Source of the DNA: an uncultured Gammaproteobacteria bacterium
GTDB lineage: Bacteria > Patescibacteriota > Microgenomatia > Daviesbacterales > UBA10151
Assembly (NCBI GenBank): GCA_964547465.1
Contig: CAZJNI010000006.1
Coordinates: 2,505-66,504, forward strand
DNA length: 64,000 nucleotides
Direction of reading: 5' to 3'
Positions 46,135 through 55,839 of this stretch are shown here, one piece after another. Both the position numbers and the translations under genes were made by a program. The notes below the pieces were generated by a model. It was not told the origin of the DNA. It searched no databases and saw only the letters and a list, made by a program, of their open reading frames with translations. How positions within the stretch are numbered: position 1 is the first letter of the stretch; each line of letters starts with the position of its first letter.

Positions 46135-46379
46135 ATACATCTGATTTTTTAAATATCGTTTTGACACTCGGCTTTATTGTAATTGTTTCCTGTATCGCGT
46201 TTGTATCCTTTTATTTGGTGCAAGTATTAAAATCAGTTAAGGATTTAGCAGATAATTTGGATGATACTACCAAAGATGTCCAGATTATAAAAAATAAAAT
46301 TAAAATGGGTGTTTTAACAACCCTTAGTGCAATTTTAACTGCCTTGGTTACAGGAATTATCAAAAGAAAAAGGGGGTGA
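46131..46379 (+). CDS. Small membrane protein (hypothetical)
   Basis: 82 aa, two TM helices; overlaps the rplT stop. Confidence 0.35.
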   Translation: MNTSDFLNIVLTLGFIVIVSCIAFVSFYLVQVLKSVKDLADNLDDTTKDVQIIKNKIKMGVLTTLSAILTALVTGIIKRKRG

Positions 46380-46654
46380 GTATAAAAATGGGTGAGGCAA
46401 AAAAAGGACTTAATCCGGCAGCCACAGCTGTGGCAGGAGCATTGATTGGCGCAGCAGCAGCTGCAACAGCAATTGTTTTATCAGATGAAAAAAATAGAAA
46501 GAAAGCTGAAAAAATCTTAAAAGATATTCAGGAAAGCGGAGATAAAATAATAAATGATATTACCCAAAAGGCCAGGGATTTAAAAGATCAGGCAGATAAA
46601 CAATTAAGTAAAACCAGAGGAGAAGTAAAAAAGTTATCAGCTAAAAAGAAATAA
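46376..46654 (+). CDS. Small hypothetical protein
   Basis: 92 aa with an Ala-rich hydrophobic N-terminus. Confidence 0.35.
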   Translation: MSIKMGEAKKGLNPAATAVAGALIGAAAAATAIVLSDEKNRKKAEKILKDIQESGDKIINDITQKARDLKDQADKQLSKTRGEVKKLSAKKK

Positions 46655-46675
46655 TTTTAGGGTATAATCAGATTT

Positions 46676-47740
46676 GTGGAAGAGAAGTTAAAAAAAATTC
46701 AGCAGGAATATCTAAATAAGATTAATTCATCTAAAACTTTAAAGCAACTGGATGAGATTTTTATTGCGCTTTTTGGAAAAAATGGGGAAGTTGACCTGCT
46801 TTCCCATCAATTTAAAAGTTTACCTAAAGACGAGTTAAAAACTGTAGGTCCTCTATTTAATCGGATTAAGCAGGAATTAGAACAAGGGATAAGGGTAAAG
46901 CGTGAAGGGTTAAGAGAAGAAATTTATAAAGGCCTGGCGAATGAAAAATTTACGTTCCAACCCCAGGTGTTAGAAGTTAAAAAAAGAAAAGGGCATTTGC
47001 ATCCTGTTAACCAATTTGAAGGTGAAATTGTCAGACTTTTTAACAAATTAGGTTTTGTCAGAGCAGATGCTCCTTTAATTGACACTGATTATAATAATTT
47101 TGAGGTTTTAAATATTCCGGAAAATCATCCTGCCAGGGATCTCTGGGATACTTTGTATATAAATTCAAAGTTAAAAGTTAAAAGTGAAAAGTTACTCTTA
47201 AGAACTCATACCTCTAATGCGCAAATCAGAATTTTAAAGAACAATAAACCACCTATTAGGATGATGTCTTTGGGTAGATGCTTTAGATATGAGCAGGTTG
47301 ATGCCAGACATGAACACACCCTTGAGCAATTTGAGATTGTGTATGTGGATAAGGGAGTCAGTATGGCTCATCTGCAATTTTTATCTGAATATTTTTTTAA
47401 ATCAGTCTTAGGAAAGGATATAAAAGTGAGGCTCAGGCCAAAATATTATCCTTTTGTTGAACCCGGAGTAGGTATAGACGCTACTTGCGTTTTTTGTAAG
47501 GGTACAGGCTGTAGGGTTTGTGGTGAAGTGGGATGGTTAGAACTGGCTGGAGCAGGCATGATTCATCCTAAAGTGTTGGAAGCCGGCGGAATTGATCCAA
47601 AGGAGTATTCTGGAATTGCCTGGGGTGTAGGACCAGAAAGAATGGCTATGCTTAAATATGGCGTTGAGGATATTAGGCTTTTTAATAGCGGTGATTTAAG
47701 CTTTTTACAAGGTGCGTCCTTTGTTAAGGTCGAACCTTAA
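46676..47740 (+). CDS. pheS: Phenylalanyl-tRNA synthetase alpha subunit (GTG start)
   Basis: Class II core with FRYEQVDARHEHTLEQFE; terminal codons and stop lie inside a palindromic repeat element. Confidence 0.85.
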   Translation: MEEKLKKIQQEYLNKINSSKTLKQLDEIFIALFGKNGEVDLLSHQFKSLPKDELKTVGPLFNRIKQELEQGIRVKREGLREEIYKGLANEKFTFQPQVLEVKKRKGHLHPVNQFEGEIVRLFNKLGFVRADAPLIDTDYNNFEVLNIPENHPARDLWDTLYINSKLKVKSEKLLLRTHTSNAQIRILKNNKPPIRMMSLGRCFRYEQVDARHEHTLEQFEIVYVDKGVSMAHLQFLSEYFFKSVLGKDIKVRLRPKYYPFVEPGVGIDATCVFCKGTGCRVCGEVGWLELAGAGMIHPKVLEAGGIDPKEYSGIAWGVGPERMAMLKYGVEDIRLFNSGDLSFLQGASFVKVEP

Positions 47741-47755
47741 CCAAGGTCCGACCTG
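47723..47755. repeat. Palindromic element (aaggtcggacctt family) at the pheS 3' end, providing its stop codon
   Basis: gttaaggtcgaaccttaaccaaggtccgacctg; PheS ends ...VKVEP followed by a stop inside the element. Confidence 0.5.
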
Positions 47756-47762
47756 AACAATT

Positions 47763-49409
47763 ATGAAAATATCTATCAATTGGCTTAAAGAATTGGTTGA
47801 TCTAAATTGCTCTATAGAAGAACTGGTTAATTTATTGCCTCTAAGAACTATTGGGACTAAAGAAGTAACTGATACTTATATTGAGCTGGATATGAAAGGC
47901 TATAATCGGGCAGACCTATTATCCATGCGTGGCGTGGCAGAGGAAGTATCTGCCATTACCAGCTCAAAAGTCCTGTTTGAGGAGCCACAGGAGGCCCAGT
48001 TCGTCTGGAACCAGCAGAAACTACCAAGTGACAAGGTTGAGATCCAAAATCCCCAGCTTGCTCCTTTTTATACCATCACTAAAATAGAGGGATTAAAGAC
48101 GGGAAAATCTTCTCCAGAAATAGTCAAAAAGCTGGAGGATTCTGGCATGAGGTCAGTAGATAACATAACTGATGTAACAAATTTAATCATGCTGGAGTAT
48201 GGCCAACCTTTGCATGCATTTGATGCCAGAGGCGTTAAAGATGAGGCAATAATAGTCAGGACAGCTAAAAAAGGGGAGAAGATTACCACTTTGGATGGAA
48301 AAACAAGGGACTTGGAAGAATCAGATTTATTAATTGCTGATTCTCAAAAAGCTTTAGGGCTGGCAGGAGTGATGGGCGGAAAAGATTCTGAAGTAAATGA
48401 AACCACCAGTACCATTCTACTTGAGGCAGCCATATTTGATCCTGTTAATATCAGAAAAACTGCCACCGGATTAGGTTTACAATCCGAGGCTTCAAAAAGA
48501 TTCCAGCATGGCTTAACCAAAAAAAGGCTTCTCCAGGCTTTAAATGCAGCCATAAAAATGTACAAGGAACTGGGTGAAAAAGTAACCACAGTCACCATAG
48601 TAGGTAATTTCGAAGATAAGGTTAGGAAAATTACTTTGACTAAGAAAAAACTGGAGGATTTGGTCGGGATTAAATTTGAAGATAAACAGGTAGAGGATTA
48701 TTTACAAAGTTTAGGTTTTACTTTAGCCTCGCAAGGACCAACTTTGTATGCGTGGAATGTAGTAATTCCGTACTGGAGATTAGACATTGAGTTAGAAGAG
48801 GATGTAATAGAGGAAGTTGCCAGGATGTATGGATATGAGAAGATCCCAGCTGAGACGGTTTCTGAATCAAAAGCACTTCAAGTTGAAGATCCAATTTTTA
48901 AAACTATTTCTGATTTAAGACAAAAACTAGTTGATTCAGGTTTAACTGAAGTTCAAACATATTCTTTTTATTCTACCCAGGTTTTAGAGGCTCTAGCATC
49001 TGATAAAGAAAGATTAGTAAAAGTGGCTAACCCAATATCTTCAGAAACAGAGTATTTAAGGGAAAATTTATGGCCAAATTTAGTGGAGATAGTGGGGAGA
49101 AATTTAAGAAAAGGGTTCAAAGACATAGCTGTATTTGAGATTGGCAAAACTTTTGAAGTGGGCCCAGATGGAAACCCTGTAGAAAACTACAGACTGACCA
49201 TAGCCTTAATGAATGGCACAGACAATCCAATTACTGAACTCTTTAGTCTTGCAAAATCCCTAAATATCGTCAAGACACCTGGGCTTTTTGAAAATCACTC
49301 ATTGTTTCACCCAAAGCGAATTACAAACAATATGGCGGAAATTCACTTAAGAGTCTTAAATAAATTAGGAATTGAGAAAAGAGTGGCTGTTTTGGAGATT
49401 GAACTTTAA
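47763..49409 (+). CDS. pheT: Phenylalanyl-tRNA synthetase beta subunit (short form)
   Basis: B3/4 and B5-like regions (GVMGG, YPYWRLDIELEEDVIEEVARMYGY); 548 aa. Confidence 0.8.
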   Translation: MKISINWLKELVDLNCSIEELVNLLPLRTIGTKEVTDTYIELDMKGYNRADLLSMRGVAEEVSAITSSKVLFEEPQEAQFVWNQQKLPSDKVEIQNPQLAPFYTITKIEGLKTGKSSPEIVKKLEDSGMRSVDNITDVTNLIMLEYGQPLHAFDARGVKDEAIIVRTAKKGEKITTLDGKTRDLEESDLLIADSQKALGLAGVMGGKDSEVNETTSTILLEAAIFDPVNIRKTATGLGLQSEASKRFQHGLTKKRLLQALNAAIKMYKELGEKVTTVTIVGNFEDKVRKITLTKKKLEDLVGIKFEDKQVEDYLQSLGFTLASQGPTLYAWNVVIPYWRLDIELEEDVIEEVARMYGYEKIPAETVSESKALQVEDPIFKTISDLRQKLVDSGLTEVQTYSFYSTQVLEALASDKERLVKVANPISSETEYLRENLWPNLVEIVGRNLRKGFKDIAVFEIGKTFEVGPDGNPVENYRLTIALMNGTDNPITELFSLAKSLNIVKTPGLFENHSLFHPKRITNNMAEIHLRVLNKLGIEKRVAVLEIEL

Positions 49410-51967
49410 AGAGCAACGGTTACTCCGATTGAACTGGAGAAAGAACCTCCATTATTATCCTCTAATGTCACCGTAATTGTATGCGAACCTTTATCTCCCT
49501 GCGGGAATTCTACATGCAGGGCATAGGGCTCGGATGTTTGAGTAGATTTTGGTGATCCATCTATCATCCAGGTCACTTTTTTCACTCCGGCTGGAGAATT
49601 TGTCCTGGCTAAAACATCAAAAACCCTTGGCACATTTGCCCCGTTTGCCACATTCACAATTTCTATAATTCCACCTGTCCCGGCACTAAATCCTGGAATT
49701 CCACTGCAACCTCTGGTTGCACCAACTAACCTGGCATCCGGAGCAGTAATAACCCAATCATCAATGCCTTTTTGCCATTTGTCCGCACCTGTTGGGTCTT
49801 TTTCCTGCAAGACTATGACATCTTTCTCCTCGTTATCCTCATTATCATTAGCTAGCCTATGCGGATTGCTTTTACAAACCTTTTGCCTCTGATAAGCAGG
49901 AGATTCACTATTTGGCTCTGTTCCTCCAATAAAGTATTCCTTCCTTGTTGGAGAGCCGCTATGCGGCTTGCCAGACATTAATCCATCCACATCTGCCTGA
50001 ATAACCTTAGCAGGTTTTTCAAAAGATTCATTTGGCTTATTTTTCAAGACTTCCTTCATCAAACGGTTCCACACAGTGGTAGCTCCAGTTACACCTGAAG
50101 CAATACGGGGATCAAGCGGGGAGTTATCATTATTTCCAACCCAAACACCCACCACGTAAGATGGGGTATAACCGATGGCCCAATTATCTCTTTTTTGATC
50201 TGTGGTCCCGGTTTTTACAGCCACAGTTTTACCCGGAATATTAAGGTAGGAGTTAGATCCAAAAGCTGCAGTCCTTGCTCCATTATCAGATAAAATATCA
50301 GAAATTATAAAGCTAATCCCATCATCAATCACTTTCCTGCCATCATGAGGTTTATATTCCAGTAATGTCTTATCTTTTGAATCAGTTACTTTAAGTATTG
50401 AGACAGGATCTTGCTGCTCACCCTTATTGGCCAATACTCCAAATGCAGAGGTTAAATCCAGAAGTCTTACCTCCCGGCCTCCTAAAGTTAGCGAAAGTCC
50501 AACAGAATTAACATTTTCCTCTGACGGTTCCCAGGTAGTTATTCCCATTCTATAGCCTTGCTCCAAAACATCTTTTACTCCAACCAGAGCCAGCATCTTA
50601 ACTGCCGGGATATTATACGAATTGCCTAAGGCATACCTTATTTGAACCGGGCCGTGAAATTGTCCATCATAATTAAGCGGTATATATTCAGGCAAATTTG
50701 CCCCGCCCGGAAAGGTAGTTTTTACATCTATTAAAGTATAGTTTGCGTTATACCCTTTTTCCAGCGCCTTTGAGTAGGTAATTGGTTTTGTAGCACTCCC
50801 GGGTTGACGAAGGGATAGAGCTGCATTTACATTTGGTTCAAAAACACAACTTTTCCCTTCCAAACATCCTTCTGGTTCACTCTTTGCAAAATAATCTTTA
50901 CTTCCCGCAAGTGCCAAAATCTGTCCGGTTTTCGGATCTATAACTACAGCCGCGCCGTTTCCAATTTTAGAGGAGTTGAGTTTATCTACTTCTTCTTTAA
51001 CAATAGTTTGGGCTTTTTCCTGTATTTTGTAATCCAGGGTTGTTGTAACCTTTAAGCCTCCCTGTTCAACTAATCTATCCCCAAATTGCTCTATTAATTT
51101 TTGTTTGACATAAAGTACAAAATGAGGCGCTTTAAAGCCCAACTCGTTTTGTTTTGTCCTAAACGTCAACTCTTTTCCTTCCGCATCTTTTTCCTGCTCC
51201 TTTGTAATGTATCCATCATCAACCATTCGTTTCAGAACTGCTTTCTGCCGCTCTTTTGAGAGCTCTGGATTAGTCCCATATGGTGAATAAACCGAAGGTC
51301 TTTGTGGAAGTCCGGCTAAAAGAGAAGCCTCTGCTAAATCCAGGTCTTTGGCGGACTTGCCAAAATAAAGATTTGCTGCAGCCTCAATCCCATATGCTGT
51401 GCCGCCGTAGGGGATTTCGTTAAGATACATTTCCAGTATTTGATCTTTGGTGTATGTTCTTTCAACTTGTATAGATAATATAAGCTCTTTTAGTTTTCTC
51501 ACCACAGATGTTTCAGAAGAAAGCAGGGCATTTTTAACCAGCTGTTGGGTTAAGGTAGACCCTCCTCCCTCAATTCTTCTTTGTATTATTAAATTAAAAA
51601 CAGATCTTAAAATACCTGAAACAGAAAAGCCTGAATGTTTATAAAAATCCTTATCTTCAATAGCGATAGTCGACTCTTTAACTACTTCAGGGATATCTGC
51701 AAGTTTAATTGGAGTTCTATTTTGCCCCTCATAAATATCATATAAAAGCTCACCGTTTCTATCATAAATTTTAGTGGCCTGGGCCACAAATCTGGAAGTT
51801 AGCTCATCAGCTGATGGGACCTGGGTAGCAAAAAAAACAACTGATCCAAAAAGAAGTAGCAAAAATCCTAAACTTAAAAAAATTATAGAGTTGGAAAGTT
51901 TTGATAACAGTTTAAAACGCCACAGCCGCGAATATTCTCTTCTCGCTTTCCAGGAACCTTGAGCCAT
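49406..51967 (-). CDS. Class A penicillin-binding protein (GT51 transglycosylase + transpeptidase)
   Basis: GT51 GGSTLTQQLVKN motif, transpeptidase SGSATKP, KTGT; N-terminal TM; C-terminal extra domain. Confidence 0.85.
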   Translation of the reverse strand: MAQGSWKARREYSRLWRFKLLSKLSNSIIFLSLGFLLLLFGSVVFFATQVPSADELTSRFVAQATKIYDRNGELLYDIYEGQNRTPIKLADIPEVVKESTIAIEDKDFYKHSGFSVSGILRSVFNLIIQRRIEGGGSTLTQQLVKNALLSSETSVVRKLKELILSIQVERTYTKDQILEMYLNEIPYGGTAYGIEAAANLYFGKSAKDLDLAEASLLAGLPQRPSVYSPYGTNPELSKERQKAVLKRMVDDGYITKEQEKDAEGKELTFRTKQNELGFKAPHFVLYVKQKLIEQFGDRLVEQGGLKVTTTLDYKIQEKAQTIVKEEVDKLNSSKIGNGAAVVIDPKTGQILALAGSKDYFAKSEPEGCLEGKSCVFEPNVNAALSLRQPGSATKPITYSKALEKGYNANYTLIDVKTTFPGGANLPEYIPLNYDGQFHGPVQIRYALGNSYNIPAVKMLALVGVKDVLEQGYRMGITTWEPSEENVNSVGLSLTLGGREVRLLDLTSAFGVLANKGEQQDPVSILKVTDSKDKTLLEYKPHDGRKVIDDGISFIISDILSDNGARTAAFGSNSYLNIPGKTVAVKTGTTDQKRDNWAIGYTPSYVVGVWVGNNDNSPLDPRIASGVTGATTVWNRLMKEVLKNKPNESFEKPAKVIQADVDGLMSGKPHSGSPTRKEYFIGGTEPNSESPAYQRQKVCKSNPHRLANDNEDNEEKDVIVLQEKDPTGADKWQKGIDDWVITAPDARLVGATRGCSGIPGFSAGTGGIIEIVNVANGANVPRVFDVLARTNSPAGVKKVTWMIDGSPKSTQTSEPYALHVEFPQGDKGSHTITVTLEDNNGGSFSSSIGVTVAL

Positions 51968-52008
51968 ATGAAGAAATTATAACAGAAATTAGGTATAATA
52001 GGATCCAA

Positions 52009-52091
52009 CCGGAGGTGGCAGAGTAGTCAATTGCACCAGACTGTAAATCTGGCGGGTTTTCCCTGCGAAGGTGCGAATCCTTCCCTCCGGA
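52009..52091 (+). tRNA. tRNA-Tyr(GTA)
   Basis: CCGGAGG acceptor, anticodon loop CTGTAAA, long variable arm, T-arm GAAGG-TGCGAAT-CCTTC (G at position 55). Confidence 0.8.
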
Positions 52092-52093
52092 CA

Positions 52094-53680
52094 CTAAAAT
52101 CTCAACCACTCCAAAATGATTTGAAGAAGACCACGATTAGTACTCACTCCTTGAGTACTGCCGCATTGACAGCTTGAACCATTCCAGGAACAACCAGATG
52201 TTTGAGCGCAAGCAGTGGCAGGATCCTGTGTAGAGGTAGTACTTCCTTGAGAAGTTTGAGTTTCTGTTGAGCTGGTGGTCGGCTGGGGAGTACTACCAGT
52301 CGATGTAGAACCGGAAGACTGACACTGACAATTACAGAAATCTCCATTCCAACTGCAAGTTCCCCCGCAAGACCTACATCCTGACTCCTGGTTCTCTCGA
52401 GTCATATTGGATGGAGCAGAGGTTGATGCCGGATAAGGTGTGGTCGTTGCGGTAGAACCAGAGCCTGAAGTTGAAGTACTGCCACCTGAAGTATAACCCT
52501 GACAATTACAGTATCCGCTGCTCCAATTACAAGTTCCACCTCCTGCTCTGCAACCTGCCTCTTGAGTCTCACGACTCCCGTAATAAGGAGTAGAATAGGG
52601 AGATGCCGAATAACCGGGTTGATATCCGCCAGTTGACGTTCCATCAGATGTATTCGAAGGCCTGCATCTATCCGGATTTTGCCTGCAGTATTCTTCAAAC
52701 TGTTTTCTTTGTTCCTCACTTCCAAAGCTGGCCGCTTGACCAGGTTGGCATTTATCTGGATTAGCTTGACAATAGCTGGCATATTCAGAAGCTTTTCGAG
52801 CGGATTCCTCTGTTTCACCATAAAATCCGCAATGACAGGTATTTTCTTTCCAGGCACAATTGGGGGTCTTATTACACATTTCTTGAGGATTATATCCTGG
52901 AGGCGGTGATCCACCTGGTCCTACGAAACCTCTTCTACATTGATCCTCATTTTCCTGACAATAAGTTCTACAAGAGGCTTCACTATTACAGCCACCAGGA
53001 CCGGTAAATGTGCCTCCGGATGTAGAGCTAAACCCGGAACAAACTGAATAGTTATTAGGATCCGAACAAAATGCCTTACAGGTAGCCTCGGAAGTACATC
53101 CACCAGGGCCAACTTGCTGCTGTCCTCCGTGTAAACCTACGGTCTTGGCGAATTCCGAACACTTTTGTCTGTTTTCTTCTTTTGAACAAAGCGATTGACA
53201 GCCAGCAGTTGAATCACAACCCAGCACTTCTTTAGCTCTGGTAATTACTTGGGTTCTGCTTAGATCTTCCACCTGTCCGCCAACCAAACCCTGACTCTTT
53301 GCAAAGGAATCACATTTATCGTGATTGGCCGAAACTTCGCAGAAGTTAAGACATGATGCTTTGGAATCACACCCTAATAGCTTTTTAGCTGCTTGTAAAA
53401 CCCTATCATTTACCTCAAACTTATCTTCTTGATAAAAACCTTTCTGCTTGGCATAGTTAATACAGCTTGTGGCATTGAGTGGATCTTCACAAAAACTGCG
53501 ACAGGCTGAATAATCTGCACATCCGCCCAACTGCGCAATTGGGTAGCTAACTCCATATTTTTCAGCCGCACCTTCAGTACTCTCTTGAGCATGAGTAGTG
53601 GTAGCCATTATGAAGGAAGCTACCAAAGCTACCAGAAATCCTATCCAGGCTGTTTTTTGTGTTGTTAAAAATTTAATCAT
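52094..53680 (-). CDS. Secreted cysteine-rich repeat protein with Ser/Thr-rich C-terminus
   Basis: Signal peptide; about 8 repeats of a C-x-C-x-C module (GCDSxAxCxxFC...KC..FA); S/T/G-rich tail. Confidence 0.5.
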   Translation of the reverse strand: MIKFLTTQKTAWIGFLVALVASFIMATTTHAQESTEGAAEKYGVSYPIAQLGGCADYSACRSFCEDPLNATSCINYAKQKGFYQEDKFEVNDRVLQAAKKLLGCDSKASCLNFCEVSANHDKCDSFAKSQGLVGGQVEDLSRTQVITRAKEVLGCDSTAGCQSLCSKEENRQKCSEFAKTVGLHGGQQQVGPGGCTSEATCKAFCSDPNNYSVCSGFSSTSGGTFTGPGGCNSEASCRTYCQENEDQCRRGFVGPGGSPPPGYNPQEMCNKTPNCAWKENTCHCGFYGETEESARKASEYASYCQANPDKCQPGQAASFGSEEQRKQFEEYCRQNPDRCRPSNTSDGTSTGGYQPGYSASPYSTPYYGSRETQEAGCRAGGGTCNWSSGYCNCQGYTSGGSTSTSGSGSTATTTPYPASTSAPSNMTRENQESGCRSCGGTCSWNGDFCNCQCQSSGSTSTGSTPQPTTSSTETQTSQGSTTSTQDPATACAQTSGCSWNGSSCQCGSTQGVSTNRGLLQIILEWLRF

Positions 53681-53910
53681 TTTAGTGTGTCAAATGGATT
53701 CTTATATCCTGCAAATGGATTGACAAATTTACCCTCAAAAGGGTTCTGATATCGAGTCTGTAACTGGACTGTTGGTTCCTTTTTTTGTCCTGGTAAAGAA
53801 GGAAGGGTTGTCTTCTTAAGAACTCCTGAAAGGAAGATAAAAATAACTGCTGCGGCAGCAAGCAGCAGAAGGAGAGGGACAGCTAAAGCAACAACTCCTT
53901 TTTGATTCAT
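53677..53910 (-). CDS. Small membrane protein (hypothetical)
   Basis: 77 aa, single TM (ALAVPLLLLLAAAAVIFIF). Confidence 0.35.
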   Translation of the reverse strand: MNQKGVVALAVPLLLLLAAAAVIFIFLSGVLKKTTLPSLPGQKKEPTVQLQTRYQNPFEGKFVNPFAGYKNPFDTLK

Positions 53911-54006
53911 TTCAGGTTCTAATATATTCTTAATATAAAGAAATACCTTTTGTCAACTCCCCGGTGCACCGAATTTCACTTCCATTTCCAGTATACTCAT
54001 ACCCGG

Positions 54007-55800
54007 TTAGTCAGACTTGGTCCATCTGGAAGTAGGAGTTTTAACTCTTCCCAATTTTTGACCTATTCTTAAAACTAAAGAAAGCAGGGAGTAGTAAAAT
54101 TTTCCATGGTAATGCACTGATGCTTTGACTAAATGTTCCATGGCTTTTTCCTGACCGATTTTTTTGGTGGATGCTCCATGATGATGAATAAACTTTGCAG
54201 ATGGCACAAAATACACCGGGATACCAAGTTTTTTTAGTCTTCTGCAATATTCCAAATCCTCAAAAAATATAAAAGTCCCTTCATCCAAAAGCCCCACTTT
54301 ATATAAAATCTTCTTGGGAATCATAAAGCAAGCCATCACAAATCCTTCTACCCTAACCGGGTTTTCACCTTTTGGCAAATACATAAAGTAGGAGCCCTTT
54401 TTTTTCAAAAAGTATTCCTTAAATGCCCCGGTTATTGTGGGTAAGTGAAATACAGAATCTTGATTACTCATATCAGGAAAATATAATCTTCCCCCTAAAA
54501 CTGCCTCACCCTTAAATTCATCTTCCACCTTTATCAGATCAGATATTCCATTTTCCAAAACTTCAATATCAGAATTAAACATTAAAAAGTACTCACCTAG
54601 GGAATATTTAATAATTTTATTATAGCCTTTGGTAAAACCTTCATTTTCAGAATTCTTTAAGTATTTAATTTTGGGCAGGTATTCTTTTAAAACCTCTTTG
54701 CTGGGGTCAATATTGCCATTATCCAGAACTATTATTTCCATGTCACTCTGGCGAAAGCCAGAGTCTATATTAAAAATGCTTTCTAATAATTTTTTAACTA
54801 AATCAGGGGTGTTGTAGTTTACAATTCCTATGGACAGTTTCAATGGATACTGCACATGTTCAGGTGCGTCCTTGGTTAAGGTCGCACCTTGGTTAAGGTC
54901 GGACCTGCCCCAATTACCCAGATAAAAATCCAGAATTCCCTGTCTTTGGGCTGGACGGCCAAATACAAAAAGCTTGAGAGCTTCTCTGATTAGGGCAAAT
55001 CTTGCCCTACTTAAACCATATTTCATGCCAAAAATTAGTCTGTTTCTGGTGTGATAATAATCTGTTATTTTTGAACCAATACCTGTAGACCTGGAAACTT
55101 TATGAAAGAGGGTACTTTTTCCATTATAAAAAATCTTAAAGCCAGCATCTTTAACTCTTTGGGCAAATTCACTGTCCTCAAAGTATAAAAAATAATCTTC
55201 ATTCAGCAAACCAATTCTTTCAAAAACTTGCTTTTTTATTAAAACGCAAGCGCCGGAAAAGATATCCTGTTCTTCAACTGCATCATATTTTCCAAGATCT
55301 ACTTCATCTATCCCCCGGTGTTTATTGCCTACAAAGCTCCAGTCAAATACGCCTCCGGCGTACCAGATCACTTTACCTAAATCCTGATTTTTGTATCTGT
55401 CTTTGTGAAATTCAAAGCCTTTTTCAAAATATATTTTAGGGGAGACTAGGCCAATTTTTTCATCAGATTCTAGAGTTTTTACCAGCTCATCAATTAAGTT
55501 GTTATCATTTATTAAAGAGTCATTATTTATAATTAAAAAATAATCAGCTCCCCAAATTTGGGCATATTCAATACCCTTGTTGTATCCTCCGGAAAACCCT
55601 AAATTTGCCCCAGCTTGAATTATATCTACCTCGGGAAAGCCTTTCTGGATTGCAGAAACAGACCCATCAGATGAAGCATTGTCAACTACAATAACTTGTA
55701 ACTTGTAACTTGTAACTTGTAACTTGTTGAGCGACGCAAGGAGTTCAAGGCTATCTTTTTTACCATTATAATTAACTGTTATAATTGCTACTTTTTTCAT
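54007..55800 (-). CDS. Tandem double GT2-family glycosyltransferase
   Basis: Two GT-A modules (ITVNYNG...VVDNASSDGS and IVNYNTPDL...IVLDNGN), each with DxD/ED motifs; contains a 5x heptanucleotide tract and a palindromic insert. Confidence 0.7.
   Translation of the reverse strand: MKKVAIITVNYNGKKDSLELLASLNKLQVTSYKLQVIVVDNASSDGSVSAIQKGFPEVDIIQAGANLGFSGGYNKGIEYAQIWGADYFLIINNDSLINDNNLIDELVKTLESDEKIGLVSPKIYFEKGFEFHKDRYKNQDLGKVIWYAGGVFDWSFVGNKHRGIDEVDLGKYDAVEEQDIFSGACVLIKKQVFERIGLLNEDYFLYFEDSEFAQRVKDAGFKIFYNGKSTLFHKVSRSTGIGSKITDYYHTRNRLIFGMKYGLSRARFALIREALKLFVFGRPAQRQGILDFYLGNWGRSDLNQGATLTKDAPEHVQYPLKLSIGIVNYNTPDLVKKLLESIFNIDSGFRQSDMEIIVLDNGNIDPSKEVLKEYLPKIKYLKNSENEGFTKGYNKIIKYSLGEYFLMFNSDIEVLENGISDLIKVEDEFKGEAVLGGRLYFPDMSNQDSVFHLPTITGAFKEYFLKKKGSYFMYLPKGENPVRVEGFVMACFMIPKKILYKVGLLDEGTFIFFEDLEYCRRLKKLGIPVYFVPSAKFIHHHGASTKKIGQEKAMEHLVKASVHYHGKFYYSLLSLVLRIGQKLGRVKTPTSRWTKSD
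54869..54907. repeat. Palindromic element (aaggtcggacctt family, two tandem units) in-frame in the double-GT2 gene linker
   Basis: tccttggttaaggtcgcaccttggttaaggtcggacctg; encodes RSDLNQGATLTKD between the two GT modules. Confidence 0.5.
55692..55726. repeat. Perfect heptanucleotide tandem repeat (taacttg)x5 inside the GT2 gene
   Basis: Five exact 7-nt units, currently in frame; they encode KLQVTSYKLQV. Confidence 0.8.
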
Positions 55801-55839
55801 AATATACTGTTTCGTTATATCTATTCCGATCCCATATCG

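Noticed and set aside
52144-53112. Antisense ORFs (67-170 aa) inside the Cys-rich protein gene
   Set aside because: These are artefacts of the GC/repeat-rich coding strand; they are fully nested antisense with no independent support.
55692-55726. Tandem repeats as a CRISPR array
   Set aside because: The units are 7 nt and contiguous with no spacers, lie inside a GT2 ORF, and no cas genes are present.
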